Shown here in pieces: positions 9,584 through 19,539 of a DNA stretch of 64,000 nt. Every line of letters begins with the position of its first letter. Position 1 is the first letter of the stretch. Below the pieces are notes generated by a model. That model worked only from the letters and a program-made list of their open reading frames with translations. It did not search any database and was not told where the DNA came from. Origin of the DNA: Thermoproteota archaeon (GTDB lineage: Archaea; Korarchaeota; JAOZGF01; JAOZFZ01); contig JAOZFT010000004.1 of the NCBI GenBank assembly GCA_027492035.1, positions 160,001 to 224,000 of the forward strand. Direction: 5' to 3'. Both the position numbers and the translations under genes were made by a program.

Positions 9584-10987
9584 ATGTCTGTTTGCCCAAT
9601 TGACACCGGAAGATATGGAAGAGAACCCTTAAAGAAAATTTTTACTGAAGAGGGACGTATAGAAAGGCTGCTAAAAGTTGAAGCCACCATAGCCAAAACA
9701 CATGCTGAAATAGGAATCATACCTAAGGAAGCAGCACAAGAGATAGAGAAGAAGGCTTCCTTAAAATATGTAAAAATAGAGAGGATAAAGGAGATAGAAA
9801 AAGAAATACACCATGAAACAATGGCGATGGTTCTTGCGTTAGCGGAACAATGTGGGAAATATGGGGGATACGTGCATTTAGGTTTAACAAGTAGTGATGC
9901 TTTAGATACTGCACTAGCAATCCAAATAAAGGATGCATTAAAAATAATTGAAGGCAAGCTAGAGAAATTGATTCTTAAACTAGTGGAGAAAGCTTTAAAG
10001 TATAAAAGTTTACCTATGATCGGAAGAACCCATGGACAGCATGCAATACCTATAACTCTCGGTTTTAAATTTGCCCTGTTCGCTTCAGAGTTTCATAGAC
10101 ATTATGAAAGATTACAAGAAATAAAATCTCGAATTTTAGTTGGGAAAATCTCCGGTGCAACAGGTACGTTTGCAGCTTTGGGTAAAAAGGGCATCTTGAT
10201 ACAAAAGAGAACGTTAGAGAAATTGGGGCTGGGTGAACCCTTAATTACGACACAAATAATACAGAGAGATAGACATGCTGAACTAATTTTTCTGCTTGCA
10301 TTAATAGGTACTTCTTTAGATAAGTTAGCAACAGAGATAAGGAACTTACAAAGGACAGAGATAAGTGAAGTCTCTGAGCCATTCAATAAACAGCAGATAG
10401 GTTCCAGCACAATGCCTCAGAAAAGAAACCCTACGAAATCAGAGAGAATAACAAGTTTATCCCGACTTTTAAGATCAATGGTTTACCCAAGTCTAGAAAA
10501 TATTGTCACGTGGCATGAAAGAGACCTAACCAACTCAGCAAATGAAAGATTTACAGTGCCTGAGTCATTTATTTTGCTAGACGAGATGTTGACTGAGATG
10601 ATTGAAATAATAGAGAAAATCAAGGTTAACAAAGAAAAAATAAAGGAAAATCTTCACTTAACAAAAGGGTTAGTGATGTCGGAAAGAATAATGATGGCAT
10701 TAACCAAAAAGGGGATGGGTAGACAGGAGGCCCACCAAACGTTGCGAAAAATAGCACTCAAATCGGTAAATGAAAACAAAGAATTCAGAATTACTCTTCT
10801 CCAAGACAAAGAAATAAAGAAGAAATTAACCAGGAAAGAAATAGATGAACTTTTGAACCCTGAAACTTACACAGGTTTAGCAGAGAAAGTAATTGAAAGG
10901 ACAATTCAGGCAATAAACAACTCGTTAAACAAAAAAAGAGGGGAGGGGTTGGGAGAAGCTGATGCTATTCTTTTTAAACGCCTCTAA
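9584..10987 (+). CDS. purB: Adenylosuccinate lyase
   Basis: HLGLTSSD, GRTHGQHA and GSSTMPQKRNP fumarase-superfamily signature. Confidence 0.96.
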   Translation: MSVCPIDTGRYGREPLKKIFTEEGRIERLLKVEATIAKTHAEIGIIPKEAAQEIEKKASLKYVKIERIKEIEKEIHHETMAMVLALAEQCGKYGGYVHLGLTSSDALDTALAIQIKDALKIIEGKLEKLILKLVEKALKYKSLPMIGRTHGQHAIPITLGFKFALFASEFHRHYERLQEIKSRILVGKISGATGTFAALGKKGILIQKRTLEKLGLGEPLITTQIIQRDRHAELIFLLALIGTSLDKLATEIRNLQRTEISEVSEPFNKQQIGSSTMPQKRNPTKSERITSLSRLLRSMVYPSLENIVTWHERDLTNSANERFTVPESFILLDEMLTEMIEIIEKIKVNKEKIKENLHLTKGLVMSERIMMALTKKGMGRQEAHQTLRKIALKSVNENKEFRITLLQDKEIKKKLTRKEIDELLNPETYTGLAEKVIERTIQAINNSLNKKRGEGLGEADAILFKRL

Positions 10988-11180
10988 CAGCCAATTTAAC
11001 GTCTTCTTCGAGAACTGTTTTCCTACCTGCATGTTTAGCGAAGTCTGCAGCTCTCCGGCTGAGTTTTTCGGCGTAATTTTCAACCACGTCCCTTAACACT
11101 AACCTTGCATTCTCACTTACTCTGACCGCACCGGCTTTCCTCATAATTTTATCCAAAGGAGCTAATGGTAATTCAGCCAT
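10974..11180 (-). CDS. Archaeal histone (HMf family)
   Basis: MAELPLAP...AGAVRVS...AKHAGRKTV.EEDVKLA histone fold, 68 aa. Confidence 0.97.
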   Translation of the reverse strand: MAELPLAPLDKIMRKAGAVRVSENARLVLRDVVENYAEKLSRRAADFAKHAGRKTVLEEDVKLAVRGV

Positions 11181-11449
11181 ACAAAACTCACCTAACGAAA
11201 AAACTTATACAAATTTATATTTAAATCTTCCCTTTTTCTTAATGCTCCATTGACCACAAACCACGAAACAAATCAAAAAAGTTACTGCCATTAAGTGACA
11301 TAAGGGAAACCCTAGCAAAAATTTTGCGAAAAAGGAAGAAAAAATCAAATAATTTTAGGAAAATATTTCAAAAATTCGCGAATAAGAGAAAGGGAATAAA
11401 ACAAAACAAAAAAATTTAAATTATGCTGATTAACATAATATAAAGAGAA

Positions 11450-11571
11450 GGGGCCGTAGTCCAGCCAGAGGGAAGCCTAGATATGGGCTTTTCAGGCAAG
11501 GTAGGATGCCTGCCTGGGGAAATTAGCCGGAACGCAGGTGGTCCCGGGTTCAAATCCCGGCGGCCCCACCA
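11450..11571 (+). tRNA. tRNA-Pro(GGG) with two introns (D-loop ~11469-11500; canonical 37/38 at 11520-11532)
   Basis: Acceptor GGGGCCG/CGGCCCC-A-CCA, D stem GTCC/GGAT, anticodon stem CCTGC/GCAGG, T arm CCGGG-TTCAAAT-CCCGG; removing both inserts gives a standard cloverleaf. Confidence 0.9.
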
Positions 11572-11649
11572 TTCCCAGCTTTTAAAATGTAGAGACGTAA
11601 AGAAGGGAATAAGTATTTTTTGAGTATAACTCTTTGGAGAAAAGAAACT

Positions 11650-13101
11650 TTAAACCCAAACTTTTTCGGTTAAAACTCCCGAAAGGAAAAGGCTGAGGCC
11701 TTTCTTATATACCCCCTCGATCTGCTCACTCCCCAAAATTTTGAAAGAAGAGACTAAGTTTTTCTCAACCATGGATTTTCTGTTTAACTTCTTCTTTATA
11801 ATTTGGGACAATATCTCTTTAACTGAAGTTTCCTCTCTTTTTAAGTCAACTACTAAACGCTGTCCCTCCAAATAGGGACCTTTCAGAACCAATTTGTTGT
11901 TTTCATACTTTTTTAGGAAACTTATAACATTTTCTTTGCTCTTTTGAAGAACCGGTGGACCATAATGTTTTTTGATAGGTAACAACCTCTTTGTAACTGT
12001 TTCAAAGATTATGCAACATTTGGTTTGCTCATTAGTCCAGTAATACTTCCCAATTATTTCTACCCCTTCTTGGCTCATAAGCATAGCTAATTTCTTTGTC
12101 GTTTTTTTAAGCTGAGGCCAGATAATATCTGGAGACTCTTCTTTTTCTAAACTGAAATCTATAAATAGCCAATAAGAACCTCGTCTCAATACTTTCCTGT
12201 TAATTTCATTTAAAGATAAAATTTGAGTTTTACCAGGGAAAAAGAAGGATAAACTAGGTTTTTTTAAGAAATTAATTGCAGAAATTATGAATTTACTCAA
12301 ATTTTTATCTGAAACAGCTGCAGCTACATTTCTTTCCTTATCAACAGGGTCTATAACGATCAAAGAGCCAGGAAAACTAGCAATTAATTTTTCAGTTAAA
12401 GGAAATCTTTCAATGTTTATTATTTCTCGTTGAGACCACTTTATAGATTCTTGAAGAAGTTTTAAGAAATTGCCATAGTGTAAAATGAGAAGCTCACAAA
12501 GATAACCAGAGAAACCTTCAGTTTTTGCGTCAGCCCCATAAACCGCTATCCCCTTCATAAACTGTTTCAGAATCCTTACTTCAGCAGCTTTTTCCTCTGT
12601 AATTTTCCCTTTCAAGTACCTATTGTGGAAAATTGTTCTATCAACAGAAGATTTTTTCTCTTCTAAACTTTTTATTTGAAAACAAGGCACTAGATCAATT
12701 TCGTAAGAGTTAATAATTAACCGGGCATAAGGGTGCTCCGCATACTTTATAATTAAGTTTTGTGTTATTTCTTTAGCTATTTTCACTGTTTCATTCTCTA
12801 ATTCTTCTTTACTGAATGATAAGGGGAAAGACAAGAAAATATCTATGTCTTTGTCACCTTTTAGCCAAGTATTTCTTGCAGTTGAACCCACTAACTCTGG
12901 TTTTGCAGGAATATTTCTTTCTTTACAAATTTCTTTTATTTTGCAGAGTAACTTGCTCGTGAACATCTTAACATATTCTATTTCTTTTTTAGAAGGCTCT
13001 ACCCTATTCAAAACATTTTTAAGGATGTCTTCAATGAGTTTTCTTTTATTACTGGAAAATGCCTCTTCAACTAGCCAATTTGACTGAAAATAAGGTTTCA
13101 T
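11650..13101 (-). CDS. cca: CCA-adding enzyme (class I)
   Basis: VGSTARNTWL..DKDIDIF, YAEHPY, DRT.FH, GFSGYLCELL, DPVDKERNVAAA; exact start uncertain. Confidence 0.96.
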   Translation of the reverse strand: MKPYFQSNWLVEEAFSSNKRKLIEDILKNVLNRVEPSKKEIEYVKMFTSKLLCKIKEICKERNIPAKPELVGSTARNTWLKGDKDIDIFLSFPLSFSKEELENETVKIAKEITQNLIIKYAEHPYARLIINSYEIDLVPCFQIKSLEEKKSSVDRTIFHNRYLKGKITEEKAAEVRILKQFMKGIAVYGADAKTEGFSGYLCELLILHYGNFLKLLQESIKWSQREIINIERFPLTEKLIASFPGSLIVIDPVDKERNVAAAVSDKNLSKFIISAINFLKKPSLSFFFPGKTQILSLNEINRKVLRRGSYWLFIDFSLEKEESPDIIWPQLKKTTKKLAMLMSQEGVEIIGKYYWTNEQTKCCIIFETVTKRLLPIKKHYGPPVLQKSKENVISFLKKYENNKLVLKGPYLEGQRLVVDLKREETSVKEILSQIIKKKLNRKSMVEKNLVSSFKILGSEQIEGVYKKGLSLFLSGVLTEKVWV

Positions 13102-13630
13102 AAACAGGACCCTTTGGCGTAAGTACAGATTTCTTTAACTTAATTTCATTAACCTCTAACGGACCGAAATCCATGTTTTTGAGGGTTAAAAGCGCACTAA
13201 CTAAGCTTTTCTCCTTAACGAAACGTTTAACTCTACCCAATGTTATATGGGAAGTAAACTCTTTTCCCAAGTCATAATTTATGTCTTTCCCAAACGAAGA
13301 AAGTAAGGCGTTGTAGACCTCCCTTATTTTTTCGTTATTTTCAGAAACTCCCACCCAGATTACTCTGGGTTTTTTCATGTTTGGAAATGCCCCTACACCA
13401 CTTAACTTTACAATGAATGACTTTATATCTGAGAGAGGCTTCATCCGTTCCTTTATTAACTTTATTTCTTCATTGTTTTTTTCTCCTAAAAAAATTAGGG
13501 TGATATGCAAATTCTGAGGCTCTACCAATTTTATAGGAATGTTTAAAGAAGCTAATTTATTTTGAACAGTCATTATTTTATTTCTCACTTCTTTATCAGT
13601 AACATCAATTGAAATAAAACAACGAACCAA
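13067..13630 (-). CDS. thpR: RNA 2',3'-cyclic phosphodiesterase (2H family)
   Basis: Two HxT motifs (LHITL, SHITL) and GAFP...PRVIWVG. Confidence 0.95.
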   Translation of the reverse strand: MVRCFISIDVTDKEVRNKIMTVQNKLASLNIPIKLVEPQNLHITLIFLGEKNNEEIKLIKERMKPLSDIKSFIVKLSGVGAFPNMKKPRVIWVGVSENNEKIREVYNALLSSFGKDINYDLGKEFTSHITLGRVKRFVKEKSLVSALLTLKNMDFGPLEVNEIKLKKSVLTPKGPVYETLFSVKLAS

Positions 13631-13752
13631 GCTTTCGCCACCTTCCTATAAAGTTTTATTAAATTTAAAAATAAAGAACAACGTGGAAAATTTAAGTTTG
13701 TAACAGATTAAAAAATTTCTTTAAAAGAGATTTATTGAAAAGATGAAAAGCC

Positions 13753-14154
13753 TTGCTTGTAAGGGCATACACGCGAGTTAATCCAACTGAAAGCCGAGAG
13801 AAAGTAGAGAAAGCTCTAAAAAATATAGTCTCGAAAGGAAAAATTCGTTGTTTCAGAAAGGGAGATGTAGATGTACTGGAAATAGAGGGATATGGTGAAG
13901 AAAGTCTTGAAACAATTTTTTACAAGATAAGACAGAAAAAAATAGTTGATTCCTTCCGAAAGTTACTTCGCCGTAATAGAGGTGGAAATGAAACAGTTAT
14001 CATGCTTAACAAACAGTCAGCCTATGTTGGTGTGATAACAGTTTGTGAAACAGAAAAGGAATCCCCTTTAGGTCCTGTGTTTTTGCAAATAAAATCTCAA
14101 AATCAAAAAATAGAAGAAATAATTGACTGGTTGGCACCTGAAACTAAAGCTTAA
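13753..14154 (+). CDS. UPF0201/DUF54 RNA-binding family protein
   Basis: VNPTESREKVEKALKN, LNKQSAYVG and ESPLGP motifs. Confidence 0.85.
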   Translation: MLVRAYTRVNPTESREKVEKALKNIVSKGKIRCFRKGDVDVLEIEGYGEESLETIFYKIRQKKIVDSFRKLLRRNRGGNETVIMLNKQSAYVGVITVCETEKESPLGPVFLQIKSQNQKIEEIIDWLAPETKA

Positions 14155-15094
14155 CTTTTTTATTGGGAAGGAAAATTTCCGGTTCCCCCTTTTCCGGGTA
14201 AGGTATGTGAACCTTCAAAAAATCTTCAGCGATTATCACCTTTTTAGGCAATGAATCTAAACCTTTCATATATTCTTCTTGGGTCGCATATCGGTTACTT
14301 ATGTGGGTAGCAACAACTAACTTAGTACTTGTTTCTTCCGCTAACTTTACCACGTCTTGGATTGTAGAATGCGATTTCTCTTCTGCATGCTGTAAATCCT
14401 TCGCTGAGAAAGGGGCGTTGTAGATTACTAAATCTGAACCCTGTGCAATTGAAATTAATTCCTCAAAAAACACGGTATCTGGTATATAAACTATTTTTCT
14501 TCCTTTCCTAGGAGGACCTATTATGTCAGAGGGCTTAATTATCCGCCCTCCCCAAGTAATTGTTTCACCTTTGATTAAAAGAGGCCTTAAATTGTTTGGA
14601 ATACTGAGTTTTTGAGCTTTTTCCCCATTGAACTTCCCTCTTCTATTTTTCTCTAAAAGAGCAACCCCTAGACAGTCAATAGAGTGCTTCACTCCAAAAA
14701 AGTTCAAGAAGTATTCATCATAAGAGTAAATGCTTCCGTCGGAAATAGGAAGAAAGGTTACTTCAAAGTTTGGATTAAGCTTGAAAAAATTTGCATGAAA
14801 AAGCAGGAAACTTCTTAATTTCTTAGGTCCAAACAGTTCTAGCTGAGTTTTGCGTCTAAACATTTTCATTGATTGAAGTAATCCTGGTAAGCCGAGTATG
14901 TGGTCCCCGTGTACATGAGAAACAATTATTTTCATTGGTTTACAGAAACCTAATTTAGATTTAGCTAGAAGGAATTGTGCCCCTTCAGCCGGATCAAGCA
15001 TAATTAGTTCCTTTTTTCGCTTAATCACTACGCAGAAGGGGTTCCTGTTCCCTAAAGAGGCTGAAGCGCCTGTTCCTAGAAAGTACACATCCAT
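14144..15094 (-). CDS. rnz: Ribonuclease Z
   Basis: FLGT, HVHGDH metallo-beta-lactamase motif, exosite, HST, THISNRY. Confidence 0.92.
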   Translation of the reverse strand: MDVYFLGTGASASLGNRNPFCVVIKRKKELIMLDPAEGAQFLLAKSKLGFCKPMKIIVSHVHGDHILGLPGLLQSMKMFRRKTQLELFGPKKLRSFLLFHANFFKLNPNFEVTFLPISDGSIYSYDEYFLNFFGVKHSIDCLGVALLEKNRRGKFNGEKAQKLSIPNNLRPLLIKGETITWGGRIIKPSDIIGPPRKGRKIVYIPDTVFFEELISIAQGSDLVIYNAPFSAKDLQHAEEKSHSTIQDVVKLAEETSTKLVVATHISNRYATQEEYMKGLDSLPKKVIIAEDFLKVHIPYPEKGEPEIFLPNKKVKL

Positions 15095-15142
15095 TTTCTA
15101 TCATTCTCTCAGGTAAGTTAATTCTAAAAGAAAATAGTATTA

Positions 15143-16183
15143 TTAGGGTTTAAAGTAAAGGTCCACTTTGCGTATAAGGTGACGATGTAGGTAAACATTA
15201 AAAGAAGCAACAAGTTTAAACCCTATCTCTTCAGCATATTTGTGAATATTTATTCTGTTAGGGTAGGAGATACACATATATTTTCCTTTTTTCAAGGACT
15301 TAAAGGCAGATGGGATAAATTTTTTCAACAGCTCAATAAGGGATCTACCATAAGAACTTGTTGAAATGGAATAAGGAGGATCTGTTACTATAGCATCAAC
15401 TTTTTCATTTAATGAACAGGCATCACCTACCTTCACCTCAAAATCTGTTTTACCTGTGAAAAGTAGGTTTATTTTGGCTAATTCCACAATTTGAGGGTTT
15501 AGGTCAATCCCTATTGCCTTGCAATTTATGTTTAGGGCTTCAACAAGTATTCCACCTGGTCCACAGAAAGGGTCCAAGACAACGTCGCCTTTTTTGACAT
15601 GTGCTAGGTTTACCATAGCCCGGGCTAATGCAGCGTTCATCATTCCGCTTCTAACAATAGGTAGAGAAACCCCTCTCCCGAAAAGTAGTTTAGTTCTATC
15701 CACTTCCTCCAACTTTTTACCAAAAATAAATTTGTTTTGGATAAGAAGACCTAAATAAGTGATTTCAGGTCTTTCCAGGTTAACTTTAAAGGTGCTTTTC
15801 TTAGATTTAATTATAGCCCCTATTTCTTTGGTTAATAGTTGAGTTGAAACGTGTTTCGAGCTTCCTCTCACCCTAATGATTTCAACTTTAAAACCTAATT
15901 CGCCCTTGTTCGAGTTAATTTCTAATTTTTTGGTTGCTTCAAGAATTTTCTTCTCCTCCGAAGTACAAGCGAAGTAGAGCTCACTGATTATTTTTGTGAA
16001 TGCGGCCCGGTTTGAAATAGAGGCAACTGATTGTTCATTTGACTCAAAAACTAGGCACTGAGGCAGAGAAAGGAGTTCACGATATGGTTTATTTTCTCCT
16101 TTAAGTATTGATTCAACTTCTAAGGCTGCTAATTCAGGATTTTCACCTGAAAGAAAACAAAAGAAATTCTTCACTGACCTCAC
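15143..16183 (-). CDS. trm11: tRNA (guanine-10-N2) methyltransferase, THUMP + MTase
   Basis: LSGENPELA, VNLERP THUMP, ARAMVNL, DPFCGPGG, TDPPY. Confidence 0.88.
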   Translation of the reverse strand: MRSVKNFFCFLSGENPELAALEVESILKGENKPYRELLSLPQCLVFESNEQSVASISNRAAFTKIISELYFACTSEEKKILEATKKLEINSNKGELGFKVEIIRVRGSSKHVSTQLLTKEIGAIIKSKKSTFKVNLERPEITYLGLLIQNKFIFGKKLEEVDRTKLLFGRGVSLPIVRSGMMNAALARAMVNLAHVKKGDVVLDPFCGPGGILVEALNINCKAIGIDLNPQIVELAKINLLFTGKTDFEVKVGDACSLNEKVDAIVTDPPYSISTSSYGRSLIELLKKFIPSAFKSLKKGKYMCISYPNRINIHKYAEEIGFKLVASFNVYLHRHLIRKVDLYFKP

Positions 16184-17121
16184 TCTTTTTTCATAAAGTT
16201 ATTAATTTGCTGAACAAGTTGACAGGCCTTACAAATGTCATGTGACGAAGGTTCGCCACATATTTCGCAAGTTTTAAGCTCTATTTTTCCTATGAACCTT
16301 TTTTTCATGAGTGAAAGAGTATTTAACATGTAATTGTAAAAGTTAATTTTTGCGCCAGGCATAAAATTTTCAACTGAATTTATAGTTTCTCTCATGAGAT
16401 TCCTCATTCCTTCCCAAGAATAGGGGCATTCACCAAAATACACGGGGATTTTCTTTAACAGGACATAAGCTGCTATTTCTTTTTCAGGAATGTTAGCGAG
16501 AGGTTTTATCCTTTTCACAAAGGATTTACTTATCTTTCTTTCAGGGTAGGATTTCAATATTGACTTTACATCACCTCTCACCACGTTCATAAAAAGGGTT
16601 TGTATATTATCATCTAAGTTGTGCCCCGTTGCTATTTTAGTTGCATTCAATTCACGTGCAGTGTTATTTAAAATTCTTCGCCTAAACACACCACAGAAGG
16701 TACAGGGACTTCTAGGCTCTTTGAGAGTATCCGGCCAAGAATTAACTACTTCATCCAAACTAAAACCGAAAAAATCTTTAAATGAAACTATGTGATAATT
16801 TACGCCGAGAAATTCGCAATTTCGAACAGCTAACTCTATGCTTTTCTCTCTGTACCCCCTTATTCCTTCATCCACAATCAACGCAAACAGTTCAAATTTT
16901 TCTTTTTGTCGCAGATTATTGAGAATATAAAGAGTCAACGTGCTGTCTTTCCCACCCGATAAAGCAACAGCTACCCTGTCATTTTTACTTATTAACCTTT
17001 GCTGAACAAAGGTTTTTCTTATTTTCTCCTGGAAGTAATTAAAGAAACATTCTTTACAAAGAACTTGACCCAAGTACCTTATACTTATGACCCCTCTCCC
17101 CCCGCATTTACTACATTCCAA
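16180..17121 (-). CDS. ncsA: tRNA 2-thiolation protein NcsA/TtuA (Ctu1 family)
   Basis: Terminal Zn fingers, SGGKDS PP-loop, CTFCGVFRR, TGHNLDD, CPY; directly downstream of a SAMP gene. Confidence 0.92.
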   Translation of the reverse strand: MECSKCGGRGVISIRYLGQVLCKECFFNYFQEKIRKTFVQQRLISKNDRVAVALSGGKDSTLTLYILNNLRQKEKFELFALIVDEGIRGYREKSIELAVRNCEFLGVNYHIVSFKDFFGFSLDEVVNSWPDTLKEPRSPCTFCGVFRRRILNNTARELNATKIATGHNLDDNIQTLFMNVVRGDVKSILKSYPERKISKSFVKRIKPLANIPEKEIAAYVLLKKIPVYFGECPYSWEGMRNLMRETINSVENFMPGAKINFYNYMLNTLSLMKKRFIGKIELKTCEICGEPSSHDICKACQLVQQINNFMKKE

Positions 17122-17129
17122 AGTCTTTC

Positions 17130-17339
17130 TTAACCTCCACTGATAACTTGCAAAATTTCGACTTCATCCCCATCAGTGACATATTCTTCTTCAGGGGTTA
17201 ATTCACCATGAACCAATACCAGAACAGTCTCTCGATCTATTCCTAAATCCTCAAGTATGTCCATAATTCTAATTTTACTCTTTTTAAATTGAACATTAAC
17301 TTCTTTTTCTCCTGGAACAAGTTTAACTTTAACTTTCAT
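17130..17339 (-). CDS. Ubiquitin-like sulfur carrier (SAMP/ThiS/MoaD family)
   Basis: 69-aa beta-grasp pattern ending DGDEVEILQVISGG. Confidence 0.93.
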   Translation of the reverse strand: MKVKVKLVPGEKEVNVQFKKSKIRIMDILEDLGIDRETVLVLVHGELTPEEEYVTDGDEVEILQVISGG

Positions 17340-17448
17340 AGCGTTTTCATCTCTATCTACACAAGAAAGGAAAAATAAGAATTATAAAGTTTAAGGAGGA
17401 GGTATATCATAAAAGGTTATAGGGGCTATAGGGGCTTGAGGTTATTCC

Positions 17449-17697
17449 GTGAAAGGTGAAATTAAGGAAATATTCAGTAAAGCGAAATGGGACCCATCCT
17501 TTAAAAACAGAGAAATTGAAATAGTAATAATTGATCGTTTAGTTAAAAATGGAAGGCGAATAATTAAATTTAGTGAAAAAATAAAGGTCAAGGATTCACT
17601 AATAATAGAAGAAAATGGCAATTGGATACCGTTCCATAGAATTTTAGAAATAAGGGACAAAAATACCGGTGAAGTGTTTTGGAGGAAAAAACTGTAA
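17449..17697 (+). CDS. DUF504 / RNA-repair-associated small protein
   Basis: KWDP N-terminus, IIDR, IPFHRILEIR...VFWRK. Confidence 0.85.
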   Translation: MKGEIKEIFSKAKWDPSFKNREIEIVIIDRLVKNGRRIIKFSEKIKVKDSLIIEENGNWIPFHRILEIRDKNTGEVFWRKKL

Positions 17698-18704
17698 TTT
17701 CTTTTAAAAATATTCCGCCAGTGCTTTCAGCAGAGAAAATAATAGACAAGGCATTCCGTAAAGCGTCTAGATCAGCAAAAGCAATCAATGTAAGAGGCTC
17801 TCCTTTAAGAAAAGCAGAAATTAGAGAAAAAAATAGAGTTACTGTTGCATGGCAAGTAATGGACAATGAACTCACCAAAATTGTAAATAATTTTCCAAGG
17901 CTATCAGAGTTACCTAGATTTTATTTTGACTTAGTGGATCTGTTAATAGGTATAAGGAAGTTGAAAAAATCTTTTGCAAGCTTAAATTGGGCTCGAAAAA
18001 CGATGAAGCGAATTGTTCTAGCTGAAATGAAGAAAATAAAAACAGTTAAATCCCCAGAAGAAGCCGGTAAAGTGCGTAGACATGTTTTCGGCAGAATAGC
18101 TTCCATAATGAATCAAATTGATGATAAATTGACCTTCCTTGAGGAAACAAGATTAAGAATAAAAGAAATACCTTCCGTAAAGGAAATGTTTACAGTAGTG
18201 GTAGCAGGTTACCCCAACGTCGGGAAGTCAACATTCGTTAGAAACATCTCTTCCGCTGAACCGAAAGTAGATGTGTACCCCTTCACTACAAAAGAGATAC
18301 ATGTAGGTCACACTTACCTTGAAGGAAAAGGCTCCATCCAAATAATTGATACTCCCGGCATTCTCGACAGACCAATTTCTAAAAGGAATAAAATAGAGAA
18401 ACAAGCCATACTTGCGTTGAAACATCTTGCCAATTCAATAATTTTCCTTTTAGATCCTTCTGAAACCTGTGGTTATAGCTTAAAGAACCAGTTACATTTA
18501 TTTCATGAAATCAAAAAATTATTCAAGGAGGTGCCTTTAGTACCAGTATTAAACAAAATAGACTTGAGCGAAAGAAGTAAAGTTGAGAGATTAGTGAAGG
18601 AATTAGATGCTTTAACAACAATCTCCGTACAAAGGAAAAGGGCAATAGAGACTTTCAAAGCTTGCATGTCAAATATTTTAGTTATAAAGAAGAACAGAAA
18701 GTAA
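17679..18704 (+). CDS. NOG1-family GTP-binding protein
   Basis: AGYPNVGKS, YPFTT, IDTPGILDRP, DPSETCGY, NKID. Confidence 0.93.
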   Translation: MEEKTVISFKNIPPVLSAEKIIDKAFRKASRSAKAINVRGSPLRKAEIREKNRVTVAWQVMDNELTKIVNNFPRLSELPRFYFDLVDLLIGIRKLKKSFASLNWARKTMKRIVLAEMKKIKTVKSPEEAGKVRRHVFGRIASIMNQIDDKLTFLEETRLRIKEIPSVKEMFTVVVAGYPNVGKSTFVRNISSAEPKVDVYPFTTKEIHVGHTYLEGKGSIQIIDTPGILDRPISKRNKIEKQAILALKHLANSIIFLLDPSETCGYSLKNQLHLFHEIKKLFKEVPLVPVLNKIDLSERSKVERLVKELDALTTISVQRKRAIETFKACMSNILVIKKNRK

Positions 18705-18715
18705 AGAAGGTTTAT

Positions 18716-19324
18716 TTATGGTTTGGGTAAAGTCAACTGACTAATATTTTCAGTTTGAACCCTTATACCTTTTTGAGTTATTACCATGATATCTATATTG
18801 GCCCCTGTAATGGCATCCCTTTTCATGGAGGCAAACAAAGCCTTTTTTGCCAGGTTCACTCCTTCATCAATTGAAAACCCTTTTCTGTATTCCTTTTCCA
18901 TTACTCCTAGGGACACTTGGGTCCCTGAACCTACTGCAGCAAAGTTATCGAACATTGCAGAACCCACAGGGTCTAAACTGTATAATTGAGGACCTTTTGA
19001 ATCTACACCACCGACCAGAACTTGAACGTAGAAGGGATTAAGCCTCCTTGAAAAAAGGATTAAACTTAAGAGGTTTACAGCTCCTTTAACTGAAATCTCT
19101 CCCTTTTTTTCAGCGGCGTAAAGTTCTATATTGATTTTTAGATAATCAATTGCTTTTTTCATGTCTGCCATTAAACCTGCACAAGCAGCACCTATTTTGT
19201 CGGTTACTTTAAAAACTTTTTGTCCTCTCTCACTGACAATGTAAGCACCGTAACTTATTCTTTTGTCAGCAGCTAAAACCACAGAGTCTTGACAAATTAA
19301 GCCTACAGCAGTTGCTCCGAACAT
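18716..19324 (-). CDS. psmB: Proteasome beta subunit, probably the non-catalytic type
   Basis: GATAVG..VVLAADKR, AGLMAD, GSG, RDAITG; Ala at the catalytic Thr1 position; SD GGAGGT before the ATG. Confidence 0.92.
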   Translation of the reverse strand: MFGATAVGLICQDSVVLAADKRISYGAYIVSERGQKVFKVTDKIGAACAGLMADMKKAIDYLKINIELYAAEKKGEISVKGAVNLLSLILFSRRLNPFYVQVLVGGVDSKGPQLYSLDPVGSAMFDNFAAVGSGTQVSLGVMEKEYRKGFSIDEGVNLAKKALFASMKRDAITGANIDIMVITQKGIRVQTENISQLTLPKP

Positions 19325-19539
19325 CTGCAGAAACCTCCATTAAAAATTTTTCTCACACGAATGTAGAGACAGATTTATATTTAAATTTCTCTTTTTCCTT
19401 TAAACTTTATAAAAGGGAGAAAAAGATACGTGTGAATGCGCTGAGGCTACCTTCCACTCAGTATTTAGCCCATCTTCATTTCTGGAAAACCTAAAGAGTG
19501 TTTGATTGCAGATAAACATGGGATAGACATTTGTTGTCA

